From NCBI GenBank assembly GCA_026770705.1, contig JANJGN010000013.1, positions 24,304,001 through 24,368,000 on the forward strand: a stretch of 64,000 nucleotides of DNA. The letters are read 5' to 3'. The notes below the pieces were generated by a model. It saw nothing but the letters and a program-made list of their open reading frames with translations. It had not been told where the DNA came from and did not search any database. Origin of the DNA: Isurus oxyrinchus (taxonomy: Eukaryota). How positions within the stretch are numbered: position 1 is the first letter of the stretch; the number at the start of each line of letters is the position of its first letter. The position numbers were made by a program, and so were the translations under genes. This document shows positions 34,517 through 48,165 of this stretch, one piece after another.

Positions 34517-35549
34517 TGTTACGATCCTGTTAGAGATTGTTAATGTTTAAAGAGAAATCCAAACCGACAGAACTATGCCACAAGATTTCATATTTTCATA
34601 CAAAAACACAATGTTATTTTATATAAAATTAGTTAAGCAAAGCATGCTTAACACTATAATTTATAACTACTAATGCTATGACCTCAGTTCTACCTTTTAC
34701 TCCCCACCCCGACATCCCAAGAGTTCCTTTATATATTTACAAGAATCTTGAGGGCTCATTCACTTCATTAGGGACCAACCAAAGGTATGCCACAGCCCTC
34801 CTGAATTCAATTTAATTCTCTGCAGTGTTCCAGCTATTCTCCAAGGTACAACATTTCAAAGGGATTCTTCTGTTAGTTTTTGGTTAAGCGATCCCCAATT
34901 TTCTTTGAAGGCGTCATGACTGTGGATTCTTCAGTTCAAGCGTGGGCTTCACTGCTTTCTTACTTAGGGATTTAAACGTCAGGAATACCCTGTGGTTCCT
35001 AATGGTCCTCTATGCTCCCATATGTTCTGTACAACTGCTGGTCCCGTGACTGATTCCCAACTCCTGGGAGATGCTTTCCCTCTGTGCATTCCAAGCTGAT
35101 TGGCTGCTTGCTTCTGTGAGCAACACACAAAGATAAATTAAATGAAGGACCTACTAACCCCCAAAGCTCATCTCCATGACACCATGGCATGCTTTGGGAT
35201 GGTTCAAAAAGAAAGGAAAACTGATTATTTTACCTTCAGCTCAACTCTTTGATTTTGTGACCCATGTGAATAATTTATCTCCCTAATGGATATAATTGCC
35301 CTCTCTCTGGTTCCACTAAGAGGTCTGAGATGGGTTACCCATTGTTTAAGTTTTTTACACTATCAACTCTGACCATGTAAGATAAATCCAGGTTAATTAA
35401 ACCTAAACTTTATTGATTTGTCTTTACATTAGGGTTGTTTATCAGGTTCCTCACCAAGCCTTTCCATTTCTCTTATGTTTAACCCTTTAATTCTAAAGCT
35501 GAAAGTTGTATTTTAAAACACATGAATTATGAACTAGATTTCTGCAACA
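34517..35549. mobile_element. Probable solo LTR (about 1.03 kb)
   Basis: Begins TGTTAC and ends GCAACA. Flanks ACTC/GCTC form a 4-bp TSD with one mismatch. No ORF. Confidence 0.55.
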
Positions 35550-35863
35550 GCTCTTTAAGACTACAGGTTTTAAATTAGTGTGAGGTACAAATTTAACCAC
35601 TGTGCCTTAAGATTTCATTTATGGGTCATCTTTGTATAAGAAATCGGGCTAGCTTTGTATGAAGCTGCCGGGTCTTTCTGTTGCGGAGTACATCATTTTT
35701 CATCCCACCTTCATGTAGGCTTTTAAGTTTTTGCCAACAGAAGCTGATTTCAGGAAAGTTGAATTTGGGCACATGTTGAAATTTGCTTTTCCCTTGAATT
35801 TTATGGTTGATGACAATTCACAGATAAAAATTAATTAGACTTGGATCATTTTTAAAAAATGTA

Positions 35864-36265
35864 TTCTTTCCTGCGATGTGGGAATCGCTGACAAGGCCAT
35901 CATTTGCTCCCCCTCCCTAATTGTCCTTGAACCTAGTGGCTTGCCAGGCCATTTCAGAGGACAATTAAGAGTCAACCACATTACTGTGGGTCTGGAGTCA
36001 CATGTAGGCCAGACACGGTAAGGACGGCAGATTTCCTTCCCTAAAGGACATTAATGAACCAGATGAATTTTTATGACAACAATGGTTTCATGGTCACCAC
36101 CACTGAGACTAACTTTTCAATTCCAGATCATTAATTGAATTTAAATTCCAGCATCTGCTGAGGTATGATTTGCCATGATATGATTTGAACCCTTGCCTCC
36201 AGAACATTAGCCTTGGCCTTTGGATTACTAATCCAGTGGCATCACCACTACAACACAGTCTCCCC
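35864..36265 (-). mobile_element. Full-length tRNA-derived SINE with LINE-derived tail
   Basis: Minus-strand head GGGGAGACTGTGTTGTAGTGG (A box) ... GGGTTCAAATC (B box). Tail shared with the LINE at 8315-8400. Second copy at 49965-50346. Confidence 0.85.
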
Positions 36266-37833
36266 TCAAAATCTTTGGAAAGACCTTTGTTCACAATGTT
36301 TTTTTTAAAAGGTCACCTCTTAGTCATGTGAGCTCTAATTCTCACATTTCCCTTCACGCTTCAGTTCCTTATCCCTGGTGTCATCTGAGCAGCTGCACTG
36401 AGATAAGGTCTGGGTTTAGCAGTACTTTGAGGAAGACTCAGAGCCTGTAAGCACTACTAGGGGGTTGGGATTCCAAAAGCTCCATAAAGACAGGTTTTGG
36501 AGGAAATGGGGTCATCCTGAGACCTGGAAGCAGGAATCCGAGAGGACTGGGGAGAGGAAACTCGAGGCCTGGGAATGTTTGGGTTGGAGAACACCGAATG
36601 GTGCATGGGTTTTTGAGCAGGTGGGGGAGGGGTTGCAGGGGGCGATCTTGAAAGTTGTTGAAAATGGCGTGTGTGGCCCGGGGCGCCAGGAGAATTAGAG
36701 GGGCACAGATTTAGAAGAGTGGGGGATGGGAGTTGAGCCAGGAGGATAAGACTGGAAGATCAAAAGGAGTCAAAGGAACCATCAAACTGCTTTTCCTGTC
36801 ATCAGTTGGTTCCTTCCTTAAAACACTTAGTATGTTTGCTACAGTGCAAATAATATATAGCCTTTAAAAATGTAGTTTCCCTTAACTAAAATTATCAATA
36901 AAGTGTTTACAATTCTTCATTTGCACAGTTACAATACAGAATTCTTGCTCTTCAAGCTGCAGAAAAAATGACTTGCTGCCGTTCTCGGTAGACAACATTT
37001 TTAATTGAATGTAGATTGAAAATAAAGGTGATTGGCTACTCTCCATGTCAATCAGAAGAGCCCAATGATTCAAATTCAATTTCCAGCAATGTTTGAACCA
37101 CTAAGAAAAAACAAATTAAATACTGTGCACCATTCTCATTGAGGGAAAAAAAATCAGGTTGTATCTGTTTTCACTTGCTATTTAACTATGGGGAGAAAAG
37201 ACAGATGCTGTTAATCACAAAAGTGTGTGCAAACAAAAAATTGAGCAATTCACAATAAACTCATGGAAGTTTGTGATACATCAGTTGAAACCTTGCTTTG
37301 TTCTGTGCTGGAGCTAGCCCTAACACAAAGCGGATTAACCCCAGTGTAGCTAACCTAAATCCTAATACCCAAAATCCTGATCTTCAGTCTACTTAAACTA
37401 AAACCTAAAATGAATACATTTCCTATCACCCTAACTGTAAAACAATTCTTAACCTAGTCCTGTGCCCAAGGCGAATATGGAACCAAATACAATCCTAAGC
37501 ACACCCAATCTCTGACTTTCACCCTGCACTTTGATCAACTCTATCCCCCCATCCTAATTTCTAATGCAGATCTTAACACTAACATGGGCTGGATTTCAAT
37601 CTCACCTTGACATAACTGTCACCATAATGTGACCCTGAACCTGCTCCACACAATAACTGTAGAGTTTACCCCAACATTAAACTTAATTTAAAATGCGCCT
37701 CTTCAGTTTTGATTTGTTGCTATTTTATCATTACAAAAATTCACTAATCAGTTGCCTGCATGGTGCAGAAATTTTCCCAAGTTACATTGTGCAACACTAG
37801 ATGTGCAGCGGGCAAAATGCAAGCTAGATTTCA

Positions 37834-38410
37834 GCATACGAAATAGGAGCAGGAGTAGGCCACTCAGCCCCTTGAACCTGCTTCGCCATTCGATGAGATC
37901 GTGGCTGATCTGATTGTAACTTCCATTGAACATTCCTGCCTATCCCCAATAACCTTTCACCCCCTTGCTTATCAAGAATCTATCTACTTCTGCCTTAAAA
38001 GTATTTGAAGACTCTGTTTCCACTGCCTTTTGAGGAAGAGAATTCCAAAGACACTCCACTGTCTTGAGAGGGAGAATTTCTCCTCATCTGTCTTAAATAT
38101 GTTAAACAATCATCTCTAGTTCTACATTCTCCTGCAAGAGGAAACATCTTCTCCCCATCCACCCTGTCAGGACTCCTAAGGATCTTTCTCTTGTTTCAAG
38201 TTGCCTCTTACTCTTTTAAACTCTAGCGGATACAAGCCTAGCCTGTCCAATGTTTCTTTGTTTCTGGTGTTAACCTTCTTTGAATTGCTTCTAATGCATT
38301 TACATCTTTAAATAAGGAGACCAATACTGCACACAGTACTCCAGATGTGGTCTCACCAGTGCCTTTACAACTGAAGCATAATCTCCCTACTTTTGTATTC
38401 AATTCCCTTT
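37834..38410 (-). mobile_element. CR1 3' fragment
   Basis: Close homolog of 23853-24435. Confidence 0.9.
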
Positions 38411-41400
38411 ACAAGATTCAAGACATAATATCTTGAATATTTTTTTCAATTTTTGAGGAGACTGTAATTTGTGGATGTAAAGTTTCTTCAGAGTGAGTTG
38501 AAAGCAAAGACAGAATTTTAAAAGATAAAAAAGACTTGAATTTATACAGCGCTTTTCACATGCACCAGACATGTCAAAGCACTTTACAGCTAATGACGTA
38601 CTTTTGAAGTGTAGTCACTGTCGTAATGTAGGAAACACAGTGAGCAATTTGCACGCAGCAAATAGCAATGTGATCTGAATGGAAATGGTTCAACCCTGAA
38701 TGTGATTAACAACAGAATCCAACCCCTGCAATCACTAGTGAACTCACGGACAACTCGGTGAATCCCTTCTCTCACACTGAGCAGGCAAACCGGGCCTCTC
38801 TGATGTCTCAGCCTATCCCTTGCACCTTTAAAGGTCAAATTTTGTGGCGAAAAATTTTTGTGCAAGCGGTTTTTCCTTTTTTTGGCCATAAAATGATTCT
38901 TGGCTTGCTGCTGGTGCTGACGCAGGTTTTAGGCTGCGTTTTTCGTGAGCAGTAGGTCAGCGTAACCAGTCAATGTTGCGACGGAACTGTACCTGATACT
39001 TCAACTAGGCAAATTGCCATGGAAACGGATGGCTGTATTCAACAATGACCTGCTTAACCCCGGCTTTAATCAACACAATAAAGATCCAAGATCCGGTAGT
39101 ACATGTAGAGCACATGGGTTAATCAGACAAAGCTTGGTGCTTTGTCTCTTTCACACATCTTACGTTTACAGACTTTATATAGAATATAACCACCTCTTGC
39201 TGAGATAAACTAAAGCAACTGTCTGAATTGTCAGGGTTTTTCTGTTACAAATCAAATGTGATTATTCCCTTATCTTCCCCACTGCCTCCCCTGGCCCCCA
39301 TCATTCTCCAAAAAAAATTAAGGATCTTGGTGACTAAGTTGGAGAGATCCAGAAATGATTTCAGTTTTGCAAATGCAAGAAATTAAAGTATAATCTTATA
39401 CAACATAATTTAGTAACCCCTCGCTATACTTTTTATTGTCATGTGATTATTGCACATGAACATCCTTGAGGATAGGCCACTGTAGAAATTTAAAAAATTA
39501 AACATACTGGAGATTAAAGAAATCTGGAGCAGATCCATCAGTATCTGAAAGAGCAAAGGCAGATGAAATACAGCAAATGAAATGTTAATATGGGATATAC
39601 TAAACAGAGCAGAATCACAGTCAGAGATTTCACTGTTGCCATTACATAAGAATTTGAATGCAATAGGCACTTTTACCTGTTGCTCAGAGGTTGATGCTAC
39701 ACCAATTTCTTGGCACTACCCTCCCCATTGCCTTTCCCAGCTGGTGCTATTCATTTTCGGGTGCCAGGCAGAAGCAGGGTCAGTGACCTAGATGGTGTTT
39801 ACAAAGCTGAAGAAAAAGTGGATGTCCGAACAAGTTAAGATGGTGCTTTTATATCTCTAATAGAACCCACAGCTTGTATGAGATTAAGACACTTCTGGGC
39901 ACTTGAAGCACTCGCCTTGCAATAGTGTCATGAGATTGGTGAAGAAGAGGCAGTGGAGTAGATCACATTACTGCTGAGTGCGAGCTCCCAGAAGTGCAGT
40001 GTCACATCGCTAAAACAGTGAGCAGGGGTGAAAGGGTAGCCAAGAAATTGGTAACCAAGGTTGATGATGCTATTTATTTCCCTGCGCAATGACTCCAGCC
40101 TTCCCTATCTGTGTGTAATATCGTGCAATATGGTAGAAGGAAAATCACATCCTGGAGCCCAGCCTGTGAAAAGCTGTGAAGATGATGACCACATTTTATA
40201 AATAAGCTATATTTTGAGTGCAAAATGTCTATCTTGCCATGGTCTCTTGAGATAACAATAATCATGCCTCATCCAGGAGTATAAGTTTAAAAAGAATGAT
40301 CTGAGATGTTTGTGGAATTGGATAATTCATTCCAGTGCAGTGCATTATGATATTTTAATTTTCTGAGCATCATTGACATGCTGTTCAATTGCTTGATGTT
40401 ACGGACAGGAGAGAGAGGCAAACTGAACTCCTTTATTTTTCTCACCACCTGTCCGTAAGCAGAGGTGTTTTAATTTTTGAAATAGGCTGTGGCATGTCTC
40501 CCTAAACCTTCTGTTTGTGAAATCAAACTCTCTCTTCATTTGAACCGGGGGATAGTTGCTGTAACTACATGTACACACACTCAAGCAAACAGAGATAGGA
40601 AAGTAAAGAGTTTTACAACTTGAAACAAAAAGAAACAAAGATAGGAATATTAATTCAAGTGAATGTTAGAGTTCAGAATGTTAAACTTTCCAAAGGCCAA
40701 AGGAGCTTAGGTCATGTGGTGTTGCCCATTGATGAATCAGTTTCAGATTAACAATCAGTTTCTATGTCTCTGGTCCAAATCGTTTGTTCACCTTACGATA
40801 TAGATAGTGGCTATTAGTGCCTCTACGGGTATACTCAACTTCAATAGCTCTCTCTTATAAGTCCAGGTTAAGAAGACAGACTGTTGGCTACTCCCTTGTG
40901 TCATTGATTGTAATGGGTCCACACAATGATAGGTGTGAGATTCCACAAGAATAGGGGTTGAGCTTTGTCCTGTAATTACTGTTGGAAGCTCCCAGAACTG
41001 TAGCCAACTCACAAATTGTGTGACCCGTAGCAACTATGTGTTTGGTCCAGCAAAGCTCATTTTTAGATAAGCAGAAAGTAAGGTTGATTTAAATAGTTTA
41101 TGATCTCTTTCATGTCTTATAGACATGATACTTGGCTTATGTATAAATGACCAATTGGGTACAGTTCAGTTTGGCTGAAAACCACTTGTTCACAACGAAC
41201 TGTTGTGAAGCACGTTTAATACATATAAAAGGATGTTATAGCACACTGGTGATGAGTTTGGGTCTAGGGTCTCCCATTTGTTAAAGTCCTGATCTTGGCT
41301 GATTTGAAGGAGTGAAAACCACTAAGTAAACATCAGACTGTATCCCCACCCTCATTCCCAGAGATTGCATAATGCATGAAGACATCTGAATAAAAAGATA

Positions 41401-42810
41401 AAATGTAAGATGCATAGATTGCTCTTGTAGAAAGCAGTGAGATACCTGGGGAATGAGGGTTTTTAAGCTGGGTTTTAATCGAGCGCCAATTTATACCTAC
41501 ACAATGGAAACTTCCTTGAGAGCCTAATCTCCACAAGGACACCAGACCAGTGCCTTCTAAATTCTTTAAACGCAATGTATTTATTCTCTGATTTAACAGT
41601 TAAATCTTTCTTTCAGCCCATCAGTAATTCCATTATTTATTCAGTTGCATATTTCCATAGCTATGCACTGATCTAGCAGTTCACCAATGTAGGGTATTTC
41701 CTGTTGTGGGAGTGGGCATATTGTGGGCAACACTGAGCTCCCATTGTAGTGAGGTTTGAGATGTTGCCAGTGTTTCGTTATTATAGTTAAACAATCTACA
41801 AGAGTGAAAATTCAAATATTGCGGATGCTGGAAATCTGAGGCAAAAAGCAGAAAACTCCATAAGTTGGGCAATAACTGAAAAGAATGCGAAAGTGTTGAC
41901 ATTTCAGGCGGAGTCTCTCATCAGAGCTGGGGGTGTTGCAGATGAGCAAGTCCTAAGGAGGAACTTGGTGAGAGAAAGGGGCTGTTCCCCCAACACCCAG
42001 AAGCAATGCAGAAACAACTGGTTTGCAGGGTACCTTCAAAAGCAAACATCAATCAAGGAGTCTGTCAGCATTGCTGTGCATTTTAATACAGTAATATTGT
42101 CATTTTCAGCAATAAGAGTATACATGGCTGATTTGTCCTTGCACATAGGGTCCATGTTAGAAGGGGGAGACATAAAATATGGCCCCAAAGCTTCAATTAT
42201 CCTTCCTGGCCACTAGCCCGTCCCTAACAGCCCTGAAAAATCTCAAGCGTGCTTGAGTTGTTGGGGTTTGCTGTTATGCAGGTCTTACAGCTGGTCATGA
42301 ATCCTATGTTATTTTTCCCAGTGGAGAATGTTTGTGTGGGAATTTATATTGGCACAAAATTCAATACTTTGCAGAAATATGTGAAGCTTGCAATGAGTTT
42401 TGCGTAGTCTGGAATCTGATTATATTACATTTCAATCTGATTTTTAATAGTGACAGAGCTGGCAATGGCAATTACCCTGAATTATTTTTTAGAATTGGCA
42501 ACAAACTACCAAAAACTCTTTCAAAACAATCCACACTGAAGGATTGGTTACCATGGTGGTTTTGAAAATGGTTTCTTCATGCCTGAGACTGCCATAAAAG
42601 CAGCATTGGAAGCCCCTCTGCCTGTAAGTGACCATCTCAATATATTAGAAAAACTGAAGACCAGAAGTGAGTCAGAAGCGTTGTGTGGTGACTGTAGTAT
42701 ACCTCCACTCTCTTGGGTAGAGGATAAAATCAACCAGGTTTCCTCATCCTAACTGCTATCCAGCAATTCCTACTGGATACTTCATGTTGGTTGAAGGCTG
42801 GATGATACTT

Positions 42811-42913
42811 ATCGGTTCTGTTGAAGGGTCATGAGGACTCAAAACGTCAACTCTTTTCTTCTCCGCCGATGCTGCCAGACCTGCTGAGTTTTTCCAGGTA
42901 ATCCTGTTTTTGT
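42811..42913 (+). mobile_element. 103-bp Penelope stub (hammerhead motif plus tail) with perfect 14-bp TSD
   Basis: GCTGGATGATACTT at 42797-42810 and 42914-42927. Insert reads GGTT-CTGTTGA-A-GGGTC-ATGAG-GACTC-AAAA-CGTC-AACT... Confidence 0.9.
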
Positions 42914-43165
42914 GCTGGATGATACTTGGCTGTGATGCTATCATTGTCGAATAGCCTGTCAACAATTACCCTGAATCTGACGAATGAACAATTGCCCGAG
43001 ATTACGGAAACGTTACCTGGCATGAGTCAGCACCTTCAGGAGTGGAGGGAATCAAAATGGAGAATATATTTTCTTATGTTGTGGTGAAGGGCTGCCTTTT
43101 TTAAACTTGTTCTTGGACTCTCATAAGCTACTGTTTAAATAGATTATTTGTTTGGAAATTTACTA

Positions 43166-43491
43166 CAGGTACCGGACCCCTTATCCAGAAAGTCCTGAAA
43201 ACCGGGTCCTGCCCTGGAAACTACAATCCCCATCAGGCATTGCTGTCCATCATATTTGGGTCACAGCACACTGATCCCCTGCTTTTTGGGTCCAGGATTA
43301 ACAGCAGAAGCCGGCCTGGTCTGCCCCTCATCCCCTTCCTTTCCCCATCCCAACTGGGTCCAGCTCAGCGGAGAAATCAGCCCAGCTTTAAGTTATCCTA
43401 TTTCTCCCACTCCAGGACCCAAAACCCAGAAAATCCCTGTACCCCTTACACGTCTGGTCCCAAGCTTCCCAGGTACAGGGTCCAGAACCTG
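43166..43491. mobile_element. Tc1/mariner-pogo type MITE
   Basis: TA TSD. TIRs CAGGTACCGGACCC / CAGGTTCTGGACCC. Confidence 0.65.
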
Positions 43492-44129
43492 TAGTTTGAA
43501 TATCCATGAACCTATAGAATTGTGTTGCTGTGAACTGCTCAGTTAATGAAGTTCTGCTGTATCATTGCTTCAGCTTTTATTGACTATCAGGAAACTTTGC
43601 CCTTGAGACTGAACCAATGATGCCAGCGCCAGGGTGATCAAGAATATGAGCTTGGTAATTGTTACAATCTTTTTTACCTTAATGATGTACATCCAGAGTT
43701 CTGACACCCACAGTACACTGAACTGCTGCTTGTGAAACCTAATGTTCAAAGTCTAGAATTTTTTAGCTTAAACAGAGAAGTTTATATGCTTCTCTGTTCC
43801 TTTAATAGAGATAACATAATATGTTGGAATAGATGACACAAGACCTTGGACTATTGTTCAAGATTTGACCTTATCAGAAAGTAGAAATGGACTTAAGATT
43901 AGTTTGCTATTTAGATTGAGACCTTAACATTTTGCAGATATATTAATAAAGGCGTCATTGCTGGTTGGAATTACTTTTGTTGTTGATCTTTCAAGGAGAG
44001 ACCTTCCTCTACGCTCAACCACAATAATCAACATTCAGTTCAGTGCAGAAACATGCCTGATTCCAACCCCTGCCCACTCTTCTTACTGCTGCTCCCTTCT
44101 AACTTTACTCCTTGCTGCCTGCCGCTTAT

Positions 44130-47100
44130 GTACAAACATAAAAAAAGGAGCAGGAGTAGGTCATTCTGCCCATCGAGCCTGCTCCGCCATTCATTAAAAT
44201 CATGGCTGATCTGATTGTGGTCTCAACGTCATTATTCTGCTTAATCCCTATACTCTTTGACTCCCTTGTTAGTTAAGAATCTGCCTACCTCTGCCTTAAA
44301 AATATTCAATGATCCAGCCTCCACTACTTTCTGGGCAAGAGAATTCCACGGACTTGGGACCCTCTGAGAGAAAGAAATTTTCATCTCTGTTATAAACAGG
44401 AAACCCCTTATTTTTAAACTGAGCCCCCTAGTTCTGGTGTTTCCCACAAGAGGAAATATCCTTTCAGCATCCACTCTGTCAAGCCTTGCTCAGAATCTTA
44501 TACATTTCAATAAGATCACTTCTCATTCTTCTAAATTCCGATGGATATAGGCCCAACCTGTCCAACCAAAGTCTTCTATAAGCATATAAACAGGAAAAGG
44601 GTGGTAAAAGGAGGAGTAGGGCCAATTAGGAACCTAAAAGGGAATTTACACATGGACAAAGGGGCCATGGCTGAGGTATTAAATGAATACTTTGCATTTG
44701 CCTTTACCAAGGAGGTAGATGCTACCCAGGCCATGGTGACAGACGAGAAAGCTCTGACACTAGAAGGGTTCAAAATTGATAAGGAGGAAGTGTTGAATAG
44801 TCTGTCGCTACTCAAAGTTGACAAGGCACCAGGACCGGATGAGATGCATCCAAGGATATTGAAGGAAGTGAGTAGAAATTGCAGAGACGCAGGCTGTAAT
44901 CTTTCAGTCTTCCCTAGACTTGGGAGGTGCCAGAGGTCTGGAGAATTGCAAGCATTATGCCCTTATTCAAAAAACATTGTAAGAATAAGCCCAGCAATTA
45001 CAGAGCAGTCGGTTTAACTTCAGTGGTGGGCAAGATGCTAGAAACAATTATTCGGGATAGAAGTAGTAGTCTCATGGAAAAATATGGGTTGATAAGGAAG
45101 AGCCAGCATGGATTTCTAAAGGGGAAATCGTGTTTAACTAACTTGCTGGAGTCTTTTGAAGAGGAAACAGAAAAGGTTGATGAGGGTAATGCTGTTGATA
45201 TGGTGTACCTGGACTTTCAAAAGGCATTTGATACAGTGCCACACAACAGACTTGTGAGAAAAGTTATTGCTCATGGAATAAAAGGGACAGTAGCAACATG
45301 GAAACTAAATTAGCTGAAAAATAGGAAGCAGAGAGTAATGGTCAATGGTTATTTTTAGGGCTGGTGGAAGGTTTGTAGTGGAGTTTCCCAGGGGTTGGTA
45401 TTGGGACCCTTGCTTTTCCTGATGTATATTAATAATCTAGATCTTCGTGTGCAGGGGACAATTTCAAAGTTTGCGGATGATACGCAGCTTGGGAGTGTGT
45501 GAACTGCGAGGAGGATGGTGGTGGATCTTCAAAAGGACATAGACAAGTTGGTGGAGTGGGCAGACAGGTGGCAGATGAAGTTCAATGCAGGGAAGTGTGA
45601 GGTGATGCATTTTGGTGGGAAGAACATGGACAAGCAATATGAAATAGGAGGTGAAGTTTTGAAATGGGTGCAGGAGCAGAAAACCTGGGTGTATATGTGC
45701 TTAGATCATTGAAGGTGGCAGGACAGGTGGGAGAGCAGTTAATAAAGCATATAGTGTCCTGGGCTTTATTAATAGAGTACAAGACCAGGGAGGTTATGCT
45801 GAATTTATATAAGACACTCATTAGACCTCAGCTGGAGTATTGTGTACAGTCTGAGCACACACTATAGGAAGGATGTGAAGGCATTGGAGAGAGTGCAGAA
45901 GAGGTTTTCAAGAATGGTTCCAGGGATGAGAAACTTCAGCTATGAGGATAGATTGTAAAGGACTGTCCTCCTTGGAGAGAAGAAGGTTAAGAGGAGATTT
46001 GATAGAGAAGTTCAAAATCATGAAAAGGCTGGACAGAGTAGATAGGGAGAAGCTGTTCCCGCTCGTAAAAGGATCAAGAACGAGAGGGCACAGATTTAAA
46101 GTGATTTGCAAAAGAAGCAAATGTGATGTGAGAAAAAACGTTTTCTCACAATGAGTGGGTCGGGTCTGGAATGCACAGCCTGGAAGTGTGGTGGGGCAGG
46201 CTCAATCGAGGCATTCAAGAGGGCATTAGATGAGTATTTGAATGGAAACAATGTGCAGGAGTACAGGGAAAAGGCAGGGCAATGGCATAGGTCACAATGC
46301 TCATTTGGAGAGCCGCAGACACGAAGGGCCGAATGGCCTCCTGTGCCATTAAAATTCTGTGATTCTTTCCTCATCCCAGCAATCAGTTGAGTAAACCTTC
46401 TCTGAACTGCTTCCAATGCAGCTATGTCTTTTTCTTAAGTGGAGAGACCAAAATTGTACACCATACTTCAGATGTAGTGTCAACAACGCCCTGTATAACT
46501 GTAGCAAAACATCCCTACTTTTATATTCCATTCCCTTTACAATAAACAGCATATCGTTCGCCTTGTTGTACCTGCATACTAACTTTTTGTGATTCATGTG
46601 CCAGGATACCCAGACCCCTCTATTTCGGAGTTCTGCAACCTCCCCCCATTTATTTAATATGCTGTTTTTCTGTTCTTCCTGCCAAAGTGAACAACTTCAC
46701 ATTTTCCTACATTATACTCCATTTGCCAAAATTTTGCCCACTCATTTTTGCCCACTCATTTAACCTATCTGTGTCCCTTTGCAAACTCCTTATGCCCTCT
46801 TCGTAACTTAATTTCCTACCTATCTTAGTGTCATCAGCAAATTTAGCAACAATGATTTGGATGAAGGGGCCAACTCTATCGATATAGGTTGTAAATAGTT
46901 GAAGCCCCAGTACTGCTCCCTGTGGCACTCCACATGTTACATCTTGTTAACCCGAAAATGACCCTTTATGCCTACTCTCTGTTTCCTGTTAGTTAACTAA
47001 TCTTCTATCCGTGCTAAAATGGCATGAGCTCTTATTTTGTATAGTAACCATTGATATGGTATCTTGTCAAATGCATCCACATCCACAGGTTCCCCTTTAT

Positions 47101-47980
47101 CCACGTTGCTTGTTACTTACTCAAAGAACTCTAATAAATTTGTCAAACACTATTTTCCTTTCACAAAACCATGTTGACTCTGCCTGATTGCTTTGAGATT
47201 TTCTAAGTGCCCCACTATAACCTCCTTAATAATGGATTTCAGGATTATCACTAGGTCAGATGTTAAGCTTATTGGCCTATAGTTTCCCATTTTCTGTCCT
47301 CCTCCTTTCTTGAATGGAGGAATTAAATTCACTATTTTCCATCTGATGGGACCTTTCTGGAATCTAAGGAATTGTGGAAAATCAAACCCAATGCATCCAC
47401 TATCTCAGCAGCCACTTCTTTTAAGGCCCTAGGATAAAGTCCATCGGCACCTGGGGACTTGTCAGCTTTTAGTTCAAATAATTTTCTTAGTTCCTTTTCC
47501 CTGGAGATTGTAATTGTTTTAAGTTCCTTCCTCCCTATCATCTCTTGGTTCGCAATTATTTCTAGATGTTATTTGTATCCTCTTCGGTGAAGACAGATGC
47601 AAAATATCTATTCAATTCAGCTGCTATTTCCTTATTTTCCATTATTAATTCCTTACACACTCTCTCTAGAGGACCAACACTCACCTTTGTTACTCTTTTT
47701 TCCTTTGTAAATGCCATAGAAACTCTTACTATCTGTTTTTATATTTCTTGCTAGCTTTCACTCATTCTAATTTCTTCCTCTTTATTATTCTTTCAATCAT
47801 TCTTTGTTTTTTTTATATTCTGTCCAATCTTCTGAGCTGCCACTAATCTTTGGAATTGGATTGTTTTTTTCTTTCAATTTGATATTATCTTTAACTTCCT
47901 TAGGTAGCCACAGATGATGCATCCAACCCCTAGGGTTTTTCTTTCTCACTGAAATGTATCTTTGTTGAGCATTATGAAAT
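44130..47980 (-). mobile_element. Decayed CR1 (minus strand) split by an antisense CR1
   Basis: 3' end at 44130-44565. The RT region resumes at 46368: GAVLGLQLF, VAKFADDTKIG, NYRPISLTS, QSQHGFVKGK, KADKSPGADGLYP. Confidence 0.88.
44566..46366 (+). mobile_element. 5'-truncated CR1 (RT to 3' tail) nested in the opposite orientation
   Basis: DKAPGPDEMHP, NYRAVGLTSVVGK, QHGFLKGKSCLTNL, YLDFQKAFD, KFADD, LIRPQLEYCVQ. Tail ...ATTCTGTGATTCT. Confidence 0.92.
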
Positions 47981-48037
47981 CTTCTAGCTTGAAGCTAGCC
48001 AAGTCTGAGATTTTTTCAGTGGCTTTTTATAGACATG

Positions 48038-48165
48038 GGGTGGGATTTTCCACACCCACCCACCGCCGGATCTTCCAGTCCCACCGTAAGCTAATGGGCT
48101 TCTGGCTGGGGTGCCACTTCGCCGGCAACGGGTCCTACCCACAACGGGGCTGGAAAATCCCAGCC
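48038..48165. mobile_element. 128-bp Harbinger-like MITE
   Basis: TIR GG(G/C)TGGGATTTTCCA at both ends and a 3-bp ATG TSD. Confidence 0.7.

Noticed and set aside
36190-36265. tRNA genes at SINE heads (also near 34400, 50340, 53500 and 60200)
   Set aside because: A and B boxes are present but there is no cloverleaf, and each continues into a SINE body.
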